51,508 nucleotides of DNA from Bacteroides sp. (GCA_051878755.1 JBJEKS010000246.1:1-51508), one strand, 5' to 3'. Shown: positions 1 through 12,772, counted from the stretch's first letter. The notes: generated by a model not told the origin, from the sequence alone. Made by a program: numbers and translations.

Positions 1-5
1 TAACC

Positions 6-3335
<3,330 letters not shown>

Positions 3336-3370
3336 TTAACCATTAATAATAGTTGGGTTTCAGAAAGCAG

Positions 3371-3410
3371 AAAAGGAGAGCGCATAGGTTAGGTTATGCA
3401 CTCTCCTTTT
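3371..3410 (-). terminator. Stem-loop (terminator or processing hairpin) between the GH109 and GH2 genes
   Basis: Minus strand AAAAGGAGAGTGCATA-acctaacc-TATGCGCTCTCCTTTT: 16-bp stem with one G-U pair, 40 nt after the GH109 stop. Confidence 0.7.
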
Positions 3411-3450
3411 TGTTCGCTTATATTCTTGTCTCGTTGTTCAGAGCGCGGAA

Positions 3451-5001
3451 TTACTTGCCTTCTTCGGCAGCCCACTCCTTAGCACCCTGCTCCTTCAGCT
3501 TGGCGGTGAAAGCCTTGGCCTTAGCCTCAGCTTCTGCCTCTGCCTCGGGGGTAGCGTAAGCGTGACGGTAGCCCTTCACCTTGTTCCATTCACCACGGGT
3601 GAAGTCGGGGAAGGCTACAGCAGCGCAGCCGTTATCCATTGAGAGTTCGCCCAGCTCGGCCAGACAGCACCACTCAGCCAGGTCATATACATCCATGTCG
3701 AGGGGCAGACCGTTCTGCAGGCAGTAGATCATACGGGCATCCATGATGAAGTCCATACCACCGTGGCCTCCTACTTCCTTGGCCATCTCACCATACTTCT
3801 TCAGGATGGGGTGCTGGTACTTCTCTTCGAGGGCCTTGCGCTCTGCTTCTGGCATGAAGCCGTGTGAGCTCAGGTCGTCAATCTTAGGCTGTACGCCTGA
3901 AGCCTTCATCTGCTCAGCATCGAGAGCGTAACCCGAGATAGGATATTTGTTGGCGAAGCCCTTCGTACCGGTCAGCTGGAACAGACGGTTGTAGGGCTGC
4001 GGAGTCATTACGTTGTGCTGGATTTCTACCACCTTACCGTTGGCCGTGCGCATCAGGGTCGTGGTGTGGTCGCCGTTGCGGAAGCTGTTGCAGGTAGAGT
4101 CGGCGCGCTCCTCAACGAGGGCCTTACCTACTACAGACTTGGTATCCATGGCTACGAGCGTCGTGAAGCGGTCGCCGCGGTGGATGTCGAGGCACTGTGC
4201 CACGGGGCCAAGGCCGTGCGTAGCATAGACGTCGCCACGATGACGCATGTTGTAGTCCAGACGCCAGCCCAGCTTATCGTTCTCGCCGTTCTTCCAGTAG
4301 TGATCCCAGAAGGGCTCCAGGTTGTGGATGTAGGCACCCTGTGCACGAACCACTTCGCCGAATACGCCGTGCTGAGCCATGTTCAGGGCGTTCATTTCAA
4401 ACCAGTCGTAGCAGCAGTTCTCCAGGATCATGCAGTGCAGGCGCTTGGATTCGCTCAGGTTGATGAGCTCCCAGCACTCCTTCAGGTTCATGGCTGAGGG
4501 AACCTCGATGGCTACATTCTTGCCGTTCTCCAGGGCGCACTTGGCTACTAGGAAGTGGTGCAGCCAGTCAGCAGCTACATAGACCAGGTCAATGTCGTCG
4601 CGTTTGCAGAGCTCTTCATAGCCAGTCTCTCCGTAATAGACGTCAGCCTTGGGCAGCGAAGCAGCCTTCAGGTACTTCTGACAGCGTTCAGCGCGATCTT
4701 TCTCATAGTCACAGAGTGCAACAATCTGCGTACCAGGGATGTAGGTGAAGCGGGCTACGGCACCAGGACCGCGCATACCCAGACCTACGAAGCCTACGCG
4801 TACTACCTCCATCTTGGGCAAAGCCAACTGGATGACACTCTGTTGTCCGGCGGGACGTTCGGGGGTTACTACTTCAATGGTTCCTTCGTTCCATTGCCAC
4901 TGCGTACCATTCTCGTTGGTCTGCAGTTTCGGAGCGCTTGACGTACAGGATACGAGCGCTCCAGCCAGGCAGAGACCTGCCATTAAATGCTTAATGTTCA
5001 T
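3451..5001 (-). CDS. GH109 NAD+-dependent alpha-N-acetylgalactosaminidase-like lipoprotein (Gfo/Idh/MocA family)
   Basis: Lipobox ALVSC. Rossmann motif VGFVGLGMRG. GH109 motifs EVPSA, MILENCCY, YATHGLGP, GGHGGMDF and DMDVYD. Confidence 0.9.
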   Translation of the reverse strand: MNIKHLMAGLCLAGALVSCTSSAPKLQTNENGTQWQWNEGTIEVVTPERPAGQQSVIQLALPKMEVVRVGFVGLGMRGPGAVARFTYIPGTQIVALCDYEKDRAERCQKYLKAASLPKADVYYGETGYEELCKRDDIDLVYVAADWLHHFLVAKCALENGKNVAIEVPSAMNLKECWELINLSESKRLHCMILENCCYDWFEMNALNMAQHGVFGEVVRAQGAYIHNLEPFWDHYWKNGENDKLGWRLDYNMRHRGDVYATHGLGPVAQCLDIHRGDRFTTLVAMDTKSVVGKALVEERADSTCNSFRNGDHTTTLMRTANGKVVEIQHNVMTPQPYNRLFQLTGTKGFANKYPISGYALDAEQMKASGVQPKIDDLSSHGFMPEAERKALEEKYQHPILKKYGEMAKEVGGHGGMDFIMDARMIYCLQNGLPLDMDVYDLAEWCCLAELGELSMDNGCAAVAFPDFTRGEWNKVKGYRHAYATPEAEAEAEAKAKAFTAKLKEQGAKEWAAEEGK

Positions 5002-5055
5002 GAATAATTATTTATTAAAGGTTATGGTTGAAAAGTTTTTCATTAATTTTTGGGG

Positions 5056-5063
5056 CAAAGATA
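5056..5063 (-). promoter_or_regulatory. Bacteroidetes -7 promoter element for GH109
   Basis: TATCTTTG on the minus strand (consensus TAnnTTTG), 55 nt upstream of the ATG. Confidence 0.65.
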
Positions 5064-5139
5064 GTACAATTTTATCAATCTCCAATTATCTCAACCACTT
5101 TCCTTTAAAAAATATATGATATTTAGGATATTGTTATAT

Positions 5140-5187
5140 AAAAAATCCTTCGCCAGGGCACCGGATAGGTGCGTGCTGGCGAAGGAT
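5140..5187 (-). terminator. Intrinsic terminator of the GH35 gene
   Basis: 12-bp perfect stem ATCCTTCGCCAG/CTGGCGAAGGAT, followed on the minus strand by a T run. Confidence 0.8.
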
Positions 5188-5208
5188 ATACATGAGTAAA
5201 CGGGTTAT

Positions 5209-7554
5209 TTATTTCTTGAACGCTTCCTGCTTGACGTAGGCCTTGTAGGCCTTGATGGCACCGGGTGTGCCCTCTTCGGCACGGGGCAGGTAGCGGAAGC
5301 CGCCTATCTTGCACTCCTCACCCAGGTTGATGACCAGGGCGTGGGGGAAGGTGGCGCGACGCTCCGTACACCAGAAGGTGGATTCCTGCAGGTCGTAGAT
5401 TTTGTCGGCGCTGTAGTTGCCCCACGAGGTGCTCTCGCTGTCGGCATAGTCGATGGTCCACTTCTGGCGGGGCAGCAGCTTGCCGTCGGCATCAATCAGG
5501 TAGAGCTCGGCGATGCTGGCTGCATCCTTGCCGTCGTGTGCGCTGAGGGCTTCGAGGCAGAAGTAGCTGCCCGTGGCGGGAGCGGCGAAGCGGATTTCCT
5601 GCCAGCCGTTGCCGTTGGCCAGTTGGCCCTGGCTTACGGGGCGCTCACCCTTCAGGTTGAGCTCCTCGCCCGCCTTGCGGTGGGTCAGCGGTTCTTCAGG
5701 GCGCAGCAGGTCGAGCTGAGGCTCCTTTACGCCCTTGACCACAGCCTCTTCCGGACCGAGCAGGTCGAGCACGACGATTTCGTTCTTGCCCTTCTTGAGC
5801 CAGCAGCCCGGCATGTAGAGGGTCTGCTGTGGGCCGATGCGCCAGAAGCGACCGATGGCTTTGCCGTTGACCCAGACCATGCCTTTACCCCAGCTCTCCA
5901 TGTCGAGGAAGACGTCGCCCGTCTCCTTCAGGTCGAACGTGGCGTGGTAGTAGGCGGGGCCGTCCAGTTTTGCGGCACCCTTATTGAAGGCGCGCTTGCT
6001 GGCGAAGGCGGCATCGGTGGGGAAGCTAAAGACTTGCCAGTGCTTCAGCTCCTTGCGCTCTGCGTCGGTGCGGAGCTCCACTTTATCTGTGATACCTTTG
6101 CGGTCGTGGATGGCGTAGTCGAAGTTCACACGTCCCATGGCCTCCACCAGGATGTCGAGCTGTGTGCCGGCAGCCAGGGCGGGCAGGTTGAGCGTGGTCT
6201 GTCCGCGGCGGCGGTCCATGCGGCCCAGCAGCTTGCCGTCAGCATAGATCTGTGTCCAGTCGTGGGCTTCGTCGATGAAGAGCAGCGTGCCTTCAGCCAC
6301 AGCCTCGGGCAGTGTGGTGCGGTAGAGGATGGTACCCCAGCCTTGGTCAAAGTACTCCATGGGATGGATATCCTCGCTCTCCTGCGGCTTGGGCAGGTTT
6401 TCGAAGAGGGGAGCCACCTCGGTGAACTGGATGGGGGCAATCTCAATCAGCGGTTTCGGAGCGGGTACCTCGGGGATGACCTGGCCGGAGTCGGCGTACT
6501 GCACGAGAAGCTCGCGCAGCTTATGGTATTTCGGCGTGGCCCAGCCGGCCTCACTGATGGGGGCATCGTAGTCGTAGGAGCTGCACATGGCCGAGTAGGG
6601 GGGACAGTTGGCTCCGCCCCAGTGGCCGAAGGTGGTACCTCCGTGGGTCATGTAGAGGGAGAAGGAGATGTTGCGGTCCAGCATGTCGTGGATGCCGTTG
6701 ACCATGGTCTCTGCATCGCGCGTCTCGTGGCGGCGGCCCCAGTGGTCAAACCAGCCGCTCCAGTACTCACTGCACATGAGCGGGGTCTCGGGGCGTGCTT
6801 CACGCAGCGCCTTAAACTGGGCATCGATGTTGGCACCCGTACCGAAGTTGATGGTCCACACCAGGTCATCCAGTCCGTTGAGGTGGAAGGTAGAGGCCCA
6901 GTCGCATTGGAAGAGGGGCACGTCAGTGAATCCAGCCTGGCGCACGATGTCGCGCACGTTGGCAATGTACTCCTTATCCACGGCATAGCCGCCGTATTCG
7001 TTCTCCACTTGCACCATGATGATGTTACCACCGCGGGTCACCTGCATGTCGGCCAGCTGCTTGCCAATCTCATTCATGAAGATGCGTACGCGCTCCACGA
7101 AGTATTCGTCGTTGGTGCGCAGCTTGATGTCCTCCTTCTTCAGGAGCCACCAGGGCAATCCGCCCATCTCCCATTCAGAGCAGACGTAGGGACCGGGGCG
7201 CAACATGATGTACATGCCGTGCTTCTGTGCCAGACGGCAGAATTGGGCGATGTCGTTTTGCCCCTTGAAGTCGAACACGCCCGGTTGCTGCTCGTGGATG
7301 TTCCAGAAGGCGTAGATACAGATGGTGTTCATACCCAAAGCCTTGCACATCTCGATACGGTGTTCCCAGTATTCGGCAGGAATACGGGTGTAGTGCATCT
7401 CAGCGGCTTTGATGAGGAAAGGCTTCCCGTCGAGCAGGAAGGTCTTGTTGCCTACGGTGAACTCATGAGGCTCACCTTTCTGGGTACCGCACCCGGCGAT
7501 TCCCAGCAGCGAACAGGCCAGCAGGCCAGTCGCAAGGAGATTTTTGATTTTCAT
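5209..7554 (-). CDS. GH35 beta-galactosidase lipoprotein with C-terminal F5/8 type C (CBM32-like) domain
   Basis: Lipobox IAGC. GH35 motifs MHYTRIP, LRPGPYVCSEWEMGGLP, QVENEYG, SEYWSGWFDHWG, YMTHGGT and SYDYDAP. Discoidin-like tail (IYDLQESTFW...FPHALVINLG...FRYLPR). Confidence 0.92.
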   Translation of the reverse strand: MKIKNLLATGLLACSLLGIAGCGTQKGEPHEFTVGNKTFLLDGKPFLIKAAEMHYTRIPAEYWEHRIEMCKALGMNTICIYAFWNIHEQQPGVFDFKGQNDIAQFCRLAQKHGMYIMLRPGPYVCSEWEMGGLPWWLLKKEDIKLRTNDEYFVERVRIFMNEIGKQLADMQVTRGGNIIMVQVENEYGGYAVDKEYIANVRDIVRQAGFTDVPLFQCDWASTFHLNGLDDLVWTINFGTGANIDAQFKALREARPETPLMCSEYWSGWFDHWGRRHETRDAETMVNGIHDMLDRNISFSLYMTHGGTTFGHWGGANCPPYSAMCSSYDYDAPISEAGWATPKYHKLRELLVQYADSGQVIPEVPAPKPLIEIAPIQFTEVAPLFENLPKPQESEDIHPMEYFDQGWGTILYRTTLPEAVAEGTLLFIDEAHDWTQIYADGKLLGRMDRRRGQTTLNLPALAAGTQLDILVEAMGRVNFDYAIHDRKGITDKVELRTDAERKELKHWQVFSFPTDAAFASKRAFNKGAAKLDGPAYYHATFDLKETGDVFLDMESWGKGMVWVNGKAIGRFWRIGPQQTLYMPGCWLKKGKNEIVVLDLLGPEEAVVKGVKEPQLDLLRPEEPLTHRKAGEELNLKGERPVSQGQLANGNGWQEIRFAAPATGSYFCLEALSAHDGKDAASIAELYLIDADGKLLPRQKWTIDYADSESTSWGNYSADKIYDLQESTFWCTERRATFPHALVINLGEECKIGGFRYLPRAEEGTPGAIKAYKAYVKQEAFKK

Positions 7555-7587
7555 GTTTTGGTTCTTACTATGAGGTTATACGGTGCG

Positions 7588-7595
7588 CAAAGATA
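7588..7595 (-). promoter_or_regulatory. -7 promoter element for GH35
   Basis: TATCTTTG on the minus strand, 34 nt upstream of the ATG. Confidence 0.65.
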
Positions 7596-7699
7596 CTGTT
7601 TATTTCCCGTTTCCCCAAATAATGGTTCAAAGTTTTTTATGCCGGCAGCTTTATGTCCTAATTTTTCATAGTTCACTCAGCGCGGGAAATTCTCCGGCC

Positions 7700-7880
7700 C
7701 TGCTCTATCGTAATTCATAGGCTACGCTATTGTAACTAGGGGGTGAACTCGATTTGAACTCGATTTGAACTCGATATGAACTCGATGAAAAATTAGAGAT
7801 TCATCGACTTCAAATCGAGTTCATATCGACTTTATTACGGAGTTACTTTAGCGTAGGTTTAGCGTTGCTTTAGACCTGCG
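7700..7880. repeat. 11-bp-period tandem repeats forming a nested imperfect palindrome
   Basis: TGAACTCGATn x4 at 7744-7787 with inverted copies at 7800-7831. Outer inverted repeat CTACGCTATTGTAACT (7722-7737) / AGTTACTTTAGCGTAG (7841-7856). Confidence 0.85.
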
Positions 7881-7925
7881 TTGGAGTGGTGGTGTCCTAA
7901 TTTTTCTTTTGTTTAGGAAAGATTA

Positions 7926-7957
7926 TTTGTTTGTTATGCGGAAAAGGTGTATTTTTG
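7926..7957 (+). promoter_or_regulatory. Bacteroidetes sigma-A promoter for the second GH109
   Basis: TTTG (7926-7929), 20-nt spacer, TATTTTTG (7950-7957). Confidence 0.65.
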
Positions 7958-8006
7958 CCACGCTGTTTGGCCGCTAGCGTGCCGGCAGCATCAAGTTCGG
8001 ACGATT

Positions 8007-9227
8007 ATGAAGCATATAGAAGAACAACCTAATACCTCTACAGCCGTGCCCGACGTGCTGGCACTGGCCTGTGAACCAATACCCTGCGTGCGGATAGCCT
8101 TCATCGGATTGGGCAAGCGGGGCAAGGAGTCCATCCACCACTTCATGCACATGCAGGGGGTGGTCATTCAGGCCGTGTGCGACCTCAACGAGGAGAACCT
8201 CCACTTTGCCCGTTGCCTCATGGCCCGTCATGGCAAGGCCTTGCCCTGTGAGTACCGCCGTGCCGACGATTGGCGCGAGGTGTGCCGTCGCGAGGACATC
8301 GACCTGGTCTATGTCTGCACCAACCGTGAGCGCCATGCGGAGATAGCGCTCTACGCCATGGCGCAGGGTAAGCATGTGGCCCTGGAGGTGCCGGCGGCCA
8401 ATACGGTGGCCGACTGCTGGGCATTGGTGGATATGGCTGAGGCCACGCGCCGCCACTGCATGATGCTCGAAAACTGCTGCTACGACTGGTTTGAGCTCAC
8501 CGTGCTCCACATGATTCAGCAGGGGTTGCTGGGCGAGGTATTCCATGTAGAGGGTAGCTACGTACACGACTTGCGCCATATAGACTTCAATCATCGCCTC
8601 TCGTACCATCGCCTCTGGCAGATGGAGGGCAATCCTTATCCCACGCATGGCCTGGGGCCCATCTGTCAGGCGCTCGGCATCCATCGTGGCGACCGCATGG
8701 CATGGCTCACCTCCGTCTCGGGTGGTCAGTTCAACTATCCTACGCTCACTCACCCCTTGCAGCCCGAAGCCTTTACGCTGGGTAATATCAATACGACGAT
8801 TATCAAGACGCAGCGCAACAAGACCATTCTCTTGCAGCACGACATCTCCAGTCCGCGCCCCTACACCCGTCGCTACCTGATTAGCGGCACCGAGGGCTTT
8901 GCGCAGAAGGGAGCACCGCATGTGCTGACGCTGGCCTCCCAACCCGATGCCACGGTCGAAGAGCTGATGAAGCGCCACGAGCACCCCTTCGCGAAAGAGA
9001 TAGGGGAGTTGGCCCGCCGTGTGGGCACTCATGGGGGGATGGATTTCATCATGGATTACCGTCTCATCCATTGCCTGCAGCATGGCCTGCCGCTCGACAT
9101 GGATGTCTATGATGCTGCCGATTGGTCCTGCATCATCGAGCTTTCGGCCCGTTCGGTTGCCGCCGGCTCACAGCCCGTAGAGATACCCGACTTCACCCGA
9201 GGCCGCTGGCAGAAGCTCCAGTCGTGA
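8007..9227 (+). CDS. GH109-like Gfo/Idh/MocA oxidoreductase/glycosidase, no signal peptide
   Basis: Motifs IAFIGLGKRG, EVPAA, MMLENCCY, YPTHGLGP, GTHGGMDF and DMDVYD. Start placed at ATG 8007 because the ORF-track GTG at 7947 lies inside the promoter. Confidence 0.85.
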   Translation: MKHIEEQPNTSTAVPDVLALACEPIPCVRIAFIGLGKRGKESIHHFMHMQGVVIQAVCDLNEENLHFARCLMARHGKALPCEYRRADDWREVCRREDIDLVYVCTNRERHAEIALYAMAQGKHVALEVPAANTVADCWALVDMAEATRRHCMMLENCCYDWFELTVLHMIQQGLLGEVFHVEGSYVHDLRHIDFNHRLSYHRLWQMEGNPYPTHGLGPICQALGIHRGDRMAWLTSVSGGQFNYPTLTHPLQPEAFTLGNINTTIIKTQRNKTILLQHDISSPRPYTRRYLISGTEGFAQKGAPHVLTLASQPDATVEELMKRHEHPFAKEIGELARRVGTHGGMDFIMDYRLIHCLQHGLPLDMDVYDAADWSCIIELSARSVAAGSQPVEIPDFTRGRWQKLQS

Positions 9228-9320
9228 AAAAATCTCCCTTATCGTGTGATAAAATGGGGACTGTTGAGTCTTATATCGTGAACACATTCCCCAAGAGGGG
9301 TATAAAAACATACGATAAAG

Positions 9321-11789
9321 ATGAAAAAGATTTCTGCAATCCTCCTGCTGGTGGTCGCCCTCTGCACCACTTCAGCCACACAAGCACAAGCCCAAAACTA
9401 CAGCGTGGTGGGCACCGTAGTCGATTCGCTCACCCTCGAAGGCGAACCTTCTGCCACCCTGCGCGTCCTCAAGCAACTGCAACAACAACCTGCTGATACC
9501 GTGCCCGTAGCCCTGGGCGTGACCGACATGCAGGGACGATTTAACCTCCCCCTCAAGCGGCAAGGCAGCTACCAGCTGGTAGTCACCTCGGTGGGCCGCA
9601 CCCCCGTCATTCGCCCCTTTAGCGTGAGTCCGGCATCACCCCGTGCCGACCTGGGAAAGCTGCTTATCAGCGAAGCCTCAGAGATGCTGAAAGGTGTGGA
9701 GGTAGTAGCTCAGAAGCCGTTGGTCAAGATGGACGTGGATGAGCTGGCCTACAGTGTGGCCGATGACCCCGACTCCAAGACCAACACCCTGCTCGACATG
9801 CTGCGCAAGGTACCCCTGGTCACCGTGGATGGTGAAGACAACATCAAGGTGAACGGCAGCAGCAGTTTTCAGGTCTTTGTCAATGGCAAGCCCAACGCCA
9901 TGCTCAGTGCCAACCCCTCACAGACCTTCAAGGCCATACCGGCCAGCATGGTGAAATCGGTTTCGGTCATCACCAACCCGGGGGCCAAGTATGATGCCGA
10001 GGGCGTGGGCGGCGTGCTCAACATCGTCTTCATCGGTGGCGACCAGAGCATGGAGGGCTACAGCCTCAACCTCACTGCCATGGGTGGCACACGCCAGCAG
10101 GGCGGAGGCTTCTACGCCATGGTGCAGAAGGGGAAGCTTACCCTCTCCAGCAGCTTCTTCGGCGTTCACGCAGGCATCAAGGATTGCGAAAACGAGACGC
10201 TGCAGGAGCGTGCCGACGGGAGTGGCATCAGCAGTGAGGGCGTGGCCACGGCCCACGTGCAGGCCCTGTTCGGCAACTTCGACCTCAGCTACGAGATGGA
10301 TACGCTCAATACGCTCAGCGCCTCGGTGAACATCACCAACATGCCGCAGCAGACCCGTGGATGGTCAGCCACCCGCTACCTCCAACCCGGCGGAAGCCCT
10401 GCTTTCGGCTACGACACGCGCCTCAACAACCATGCCTACAACACGGCCATCAACGGCAGCCTGGACTATCGCCACACCTTTGCCGACAACAAGGCCCACA
10501 CGCTCGACCTGGCCTATCGCATCAGCACACAGCCCCGCAAGAACCGCAACGCCAGCCTCTTCAGCATCGACGGCAGTGCAGAGGCAGCCCATGAGGCCGG
10601 ATTCGAGGACTGGCTCAACACCGACCGCAACAACCTGCAGGAGCACACCTTCCAGGCCGACTATGCCCACCCCTTGGGCAAGGGACAGACGCTGGAGACG
10701 GGTGCGAAGTACATCCTGCGCCGAGGCACCAGTAAGGTGCTCTACGGCGAAGCCTTGACTCCGGAGCTGGACTACCGCCACGAGAGCAATATCGCCGCCC
10801 TCTATGGCAGCTACGCCCTGCAACACAAGGCCTTCGGACTGAAAGCCGGCCTGCGCTACGAATACACCGACCAGCAGGTGAACTACTTCAAGGGCGATGG
10901 CGAGGACTTCGGCCTCAACTACGACAACCTCGTTCCCTCACTCTCGCTGAGCTATACCCCGGCCATGGGGCAACAGCTGGGTGCCGGCTACAACATGCGC
11001 ATCTCGCGCCCGGGCATCGGCTACCTCAACCCCTTCGTCAACGACCAGGACCCCACCCACATCACCTATGGTAACCCGGGCCTCTCGGCTGAGAAGGCAC
11101 ACAACCTCAACATGAGCTACAACCTCTTTACGAGCGTGGTGATGCTCAACGCCACCCTGCGCCACTCCTTCCAGAACAACAGCATCGAGGAACTGACCCG
11201 CAAAGAGGCCGATGGCGTGCTCTACACCACCTACGGCAACGTGGGCAAGCGTCGCAGCACCGAGCTGAACCTCTTCATCAACTTCAACCTGAGTCCAAAG
11301 ACGCGCCTCACGCTCAACTCGGCCACGAGCTACGTCCACCTGCAATCCGCCTCCACGGGCTACCGTAACCACGGTTGGCAGCAGAGCGGCATGGCCTCGT
11401 TGCAACACACCATCCCCTGGAACCTGCGCTTCAGCGGCACCTATATGGTCAACAGCCGCACCCTCAACCTGCAAGGCCAGAGCTCGGGCATGACTATGCA
11501 CATCTTCAGTCTGACCAAGCCTTTCCTCAAGGAAGAGCGCTTGAACGTGAGTATCGTGGCCGTCAACCCCTTCTGCAAAGACCTGAAGATAGAGAATATC
11601 ACGCGTGGAGCCGACTTCACCAACTCGGTAACCACCCATGTGCCCATCCGCAGCTTCACGCTGAGCGTCAGCCTCCGCCTCGGCAACCTCAAGCCCAAGC
11701 AGCGCGTCGCCAAGGCCGGCAACGACGACCTCATCGACCGTCGCGACCAAAACAGCGAGATGAACGGCATGATGATACAGGGCAACTGA
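9321..11789 (+). CDS. TonB-dependent-receptor-like outer membrane beta-barrel protein
   Basis: Signal peptide, then an N-terminal carboxypeptidase-regulatory-like domain, a plug (LLDMLRKVPLVTVD, VITNPGAKYDAEGVGGVLNI) and barrel motifs (GLRYEYT, RISRP, GNPGLSAE). Not SusC-like. Confidence 0.85.
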   Translation: MKKISAILLLVVALCTTSATQAQAQNYSVVGTVVDSLTLEGEPSATLRVLKQLQQQPADTVPVALGVTDMQGRFNLPLKRQGSYQLVVTSVGRTPVIRPFSVSPASPRADLGKLLISEASEMLKGVEVVAQKPLVKMDVDELAYSVADDPDSKTNTLLDMLRKVPLVTVDGEDNIKVNGSSSFQVFVNGKPNAMLSANPSQTFKAIPASMVKSVSVITNPGAKYDAEGVGGVLNIVFIGGDQSMEGYSLNLTAMGGTRQQGGGFYAMVQKGKLTLSSSFFGVHAGIKDCENETLQERADGSGISSEGVATAHVQALFGNFDLSYEMDTLNTLSASVNITNMPQQTRGWSATRYLQPGGSPAFGYDTRLNNHAYNTAINGSLDYRHTFADNKAHTLDLAYRISTQPRKNRNASLFSIDGSAEAAHEAGFEDWLNTDRNNLQEHTFQADYAHPLGKGQTLETGAKYILRRGTSKVLYGEALTPELDYRHESNIAALYGSYALQHKAFGLKAGLRYEYTDQQVNYFKGDGEDFGLNYDNLVPSLSLSYTPAMGQQLGAGYNMRISRPGIGYLNPFVNDQDPTHITYGNPGLSAEKAHNLNMSYNLFTSVVMLNATLRHSFQNNSIEELTRKEADGVLYTTYGNVGKRRSTELNLFINFNLSPKTRLTLNSATSYVHLQSASTGYRNHGWQQSGMASLQHTIPWNLRFSGTYMVNSRTLNLQGQSSGMTMHIFSLTKPFLKEERLNVSIVAVNPFCKDLKIENITRGADFTNSVTTHVPIRSFTLSVSLRLGNLKPKQRVAKAGNDDLIDRRDQNSEMNGMMIQGN

Positions 11790-11811
11790 TTGCAATAAAT
11801 AACCATCATTA

Positions 11812-11850
11812 TTTAGCCGTAACCCCTAAAAAAAAGGAGTTGCGGCTAAA
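11812..11850. terminator. Stem-loop after the outer-membrane barrel gene, possibly bidirectional
   Basis: TTTAGCCGTAACCCCT / AGGAGTTGCGGCTAAA, imperfect 16-bp stem with A/T-rich flanks. Confidence 0.6.
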
Positions 11851-11884
11851 ATATTATTGCAGGAATGTGACGATGGATGCCCTA

Positions 11885-11965
11885 TCACTTAATGGAGTGT
11901 GATACCGACTGCTTCCAGCTCTTGTCGAGCGTATTCAGCTCATCTTCACGGTCATAGAATCTCAT
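11885..11965 (-). pseudogene. 5' remnant of an archaeal-type AAA ATPase (ATPase_2/DUF234-like) gene
   Basis: Reads MRFYDREDELNTLDKSWKQSVSHSIK*, resembling the M(K/R)FYDRE.EL N-terminus of this family. It stops just before the expected GRRRxGKT Walker A. TATCTTTG promoter element at 12020-12027 (minus). Confidence 0.6.
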
Positions 11966-12065
11966 GTGATGCGTCTTTAATCGTCGTTAAATTAATGGCC
12001 ATTAAATTAATGGCCGTTACAAAGATAAGAATAAAGATGCTTCCGTGCAAGCATTTCATGAAAAT

Positions 12066-12098
12066 AAAAAAAGCAGAGATGATTGCTCACCTCTGCTT
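12066..12098 (-). terminator. Intrinsic terminator of L31
   Basis: Minus strand AAGCAGAGGTGA-GCAA-TCATCTCTGCTT followed by a T run; GNRA tetraloop. Confidence 0.85.
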
Positions 12099-12133
12099 CT
12101 CTTTATACCTATTATATATAATAAGGGAAATAC

Positions 12134-12385
12134 TTATTTCTTGCGGTTACCGTAGCGGCTCATGAACTTATCTACGCGACCGGCGGTGTCAACAAGCTTC
12201 GACTTACCTGTGTAGAAGGGGTGTGAAGTGTTAGAGATTTCCAGCTTTACCAGGGGGTAAGTTTCGCCTTCGAACTCAATCGTCTCTTTGGTGGCTACAG
12301 TTGAACGTGACAGGAACATATCGCCGTTAGACATGTCTTTGAATACTACGGGGCGATAATTCTCGGGATGAATACCTTTTTTCAT
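12134..12385 (-). CDS. rpmE2: 50S ribosomal protein L31 type B
   Basis: [17 protein letters not shown]...SHPFYTGK...GRVDKF; 83 aa; no Zn-binding Cys. Promoter element TACCTTTG at 12469-12476. Confidence 0.97.
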   Translation of the reverse strand: MKKGIHPENYRPVVFKDMSNGDMFLSRSTVATKETIEFEGETYPLVKLEISNTSHPFYTGKSKLVDTAGRVDKFMSRYGNRKK

Positions 12386-12772
12386 TGTTATGTTTCTTTT
12401 AATTTATTATTCTACTTTTGTTTTGATAACTATTTGGTAAAAACGTGTAATGGTCATTTTTCGAGCGGCAAAGGTAATACTTTTCTGTGAAACAAAAAAA
12501 TGTTGGCCAAAAAATTATTGGAAAACATCAATTTTGGCCGATTTTGAGGGGTGGTGATGGAGACTACACCCGACGATTGCAGCGGGACGTGAAGGGGATG
12601 AAAGTGCTATATGGGGTTGCCAATATGGGCCGATAAAGCCCCTCCAGGTGCAAATGATGCTTGATTTACGTCAAAAGTGCAAAAAGAAACGGCGTAACGG
12701 TTGGCAAGTTTGCGCAAAAATGGTTACTTTTGCAGCAGAATTTGATTCACTAACAAATAAAACTTTAAACAA

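Noticed and set aside
5341-7671. 776-aa plus-strand ORF antisense to GH35, and similar long shadows (387-1679, 1686-3005, 7974-9083, 21731-23146, 23948-25873, 28618-29775, 40277-41269)
   Set aside because: They mirror well-supported genes codon for codon, have no recognisable motifs, and are expected from strong GC3 bias removing antisense stops.
7744-7831. Possible CRISPR array or iteron origin
   Set aside because: The units are 11 bp and contiguous with no unique spacers, and there is no cas or rep gene nearby.
9228-9320. Possible ECF-sigma promoter (TGTGATAAAA...GAGTCTTA) before the OM barrel gene
   Set aside because: The resemblance is too weak to support without a defined consensus.
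11899-12165. 88-aa plus-strand ORF in the barrel-L31 gap
   Set aside because: It runs through the L31 terminator and overlaps L31; the minus-strand ATPase remnant explains the region better.
12540-12660. GC-richer stretch between the L31 and fba promoters as a possible ncRNA
   Set aside because: No convincing stem, terminator or known motif was seen.
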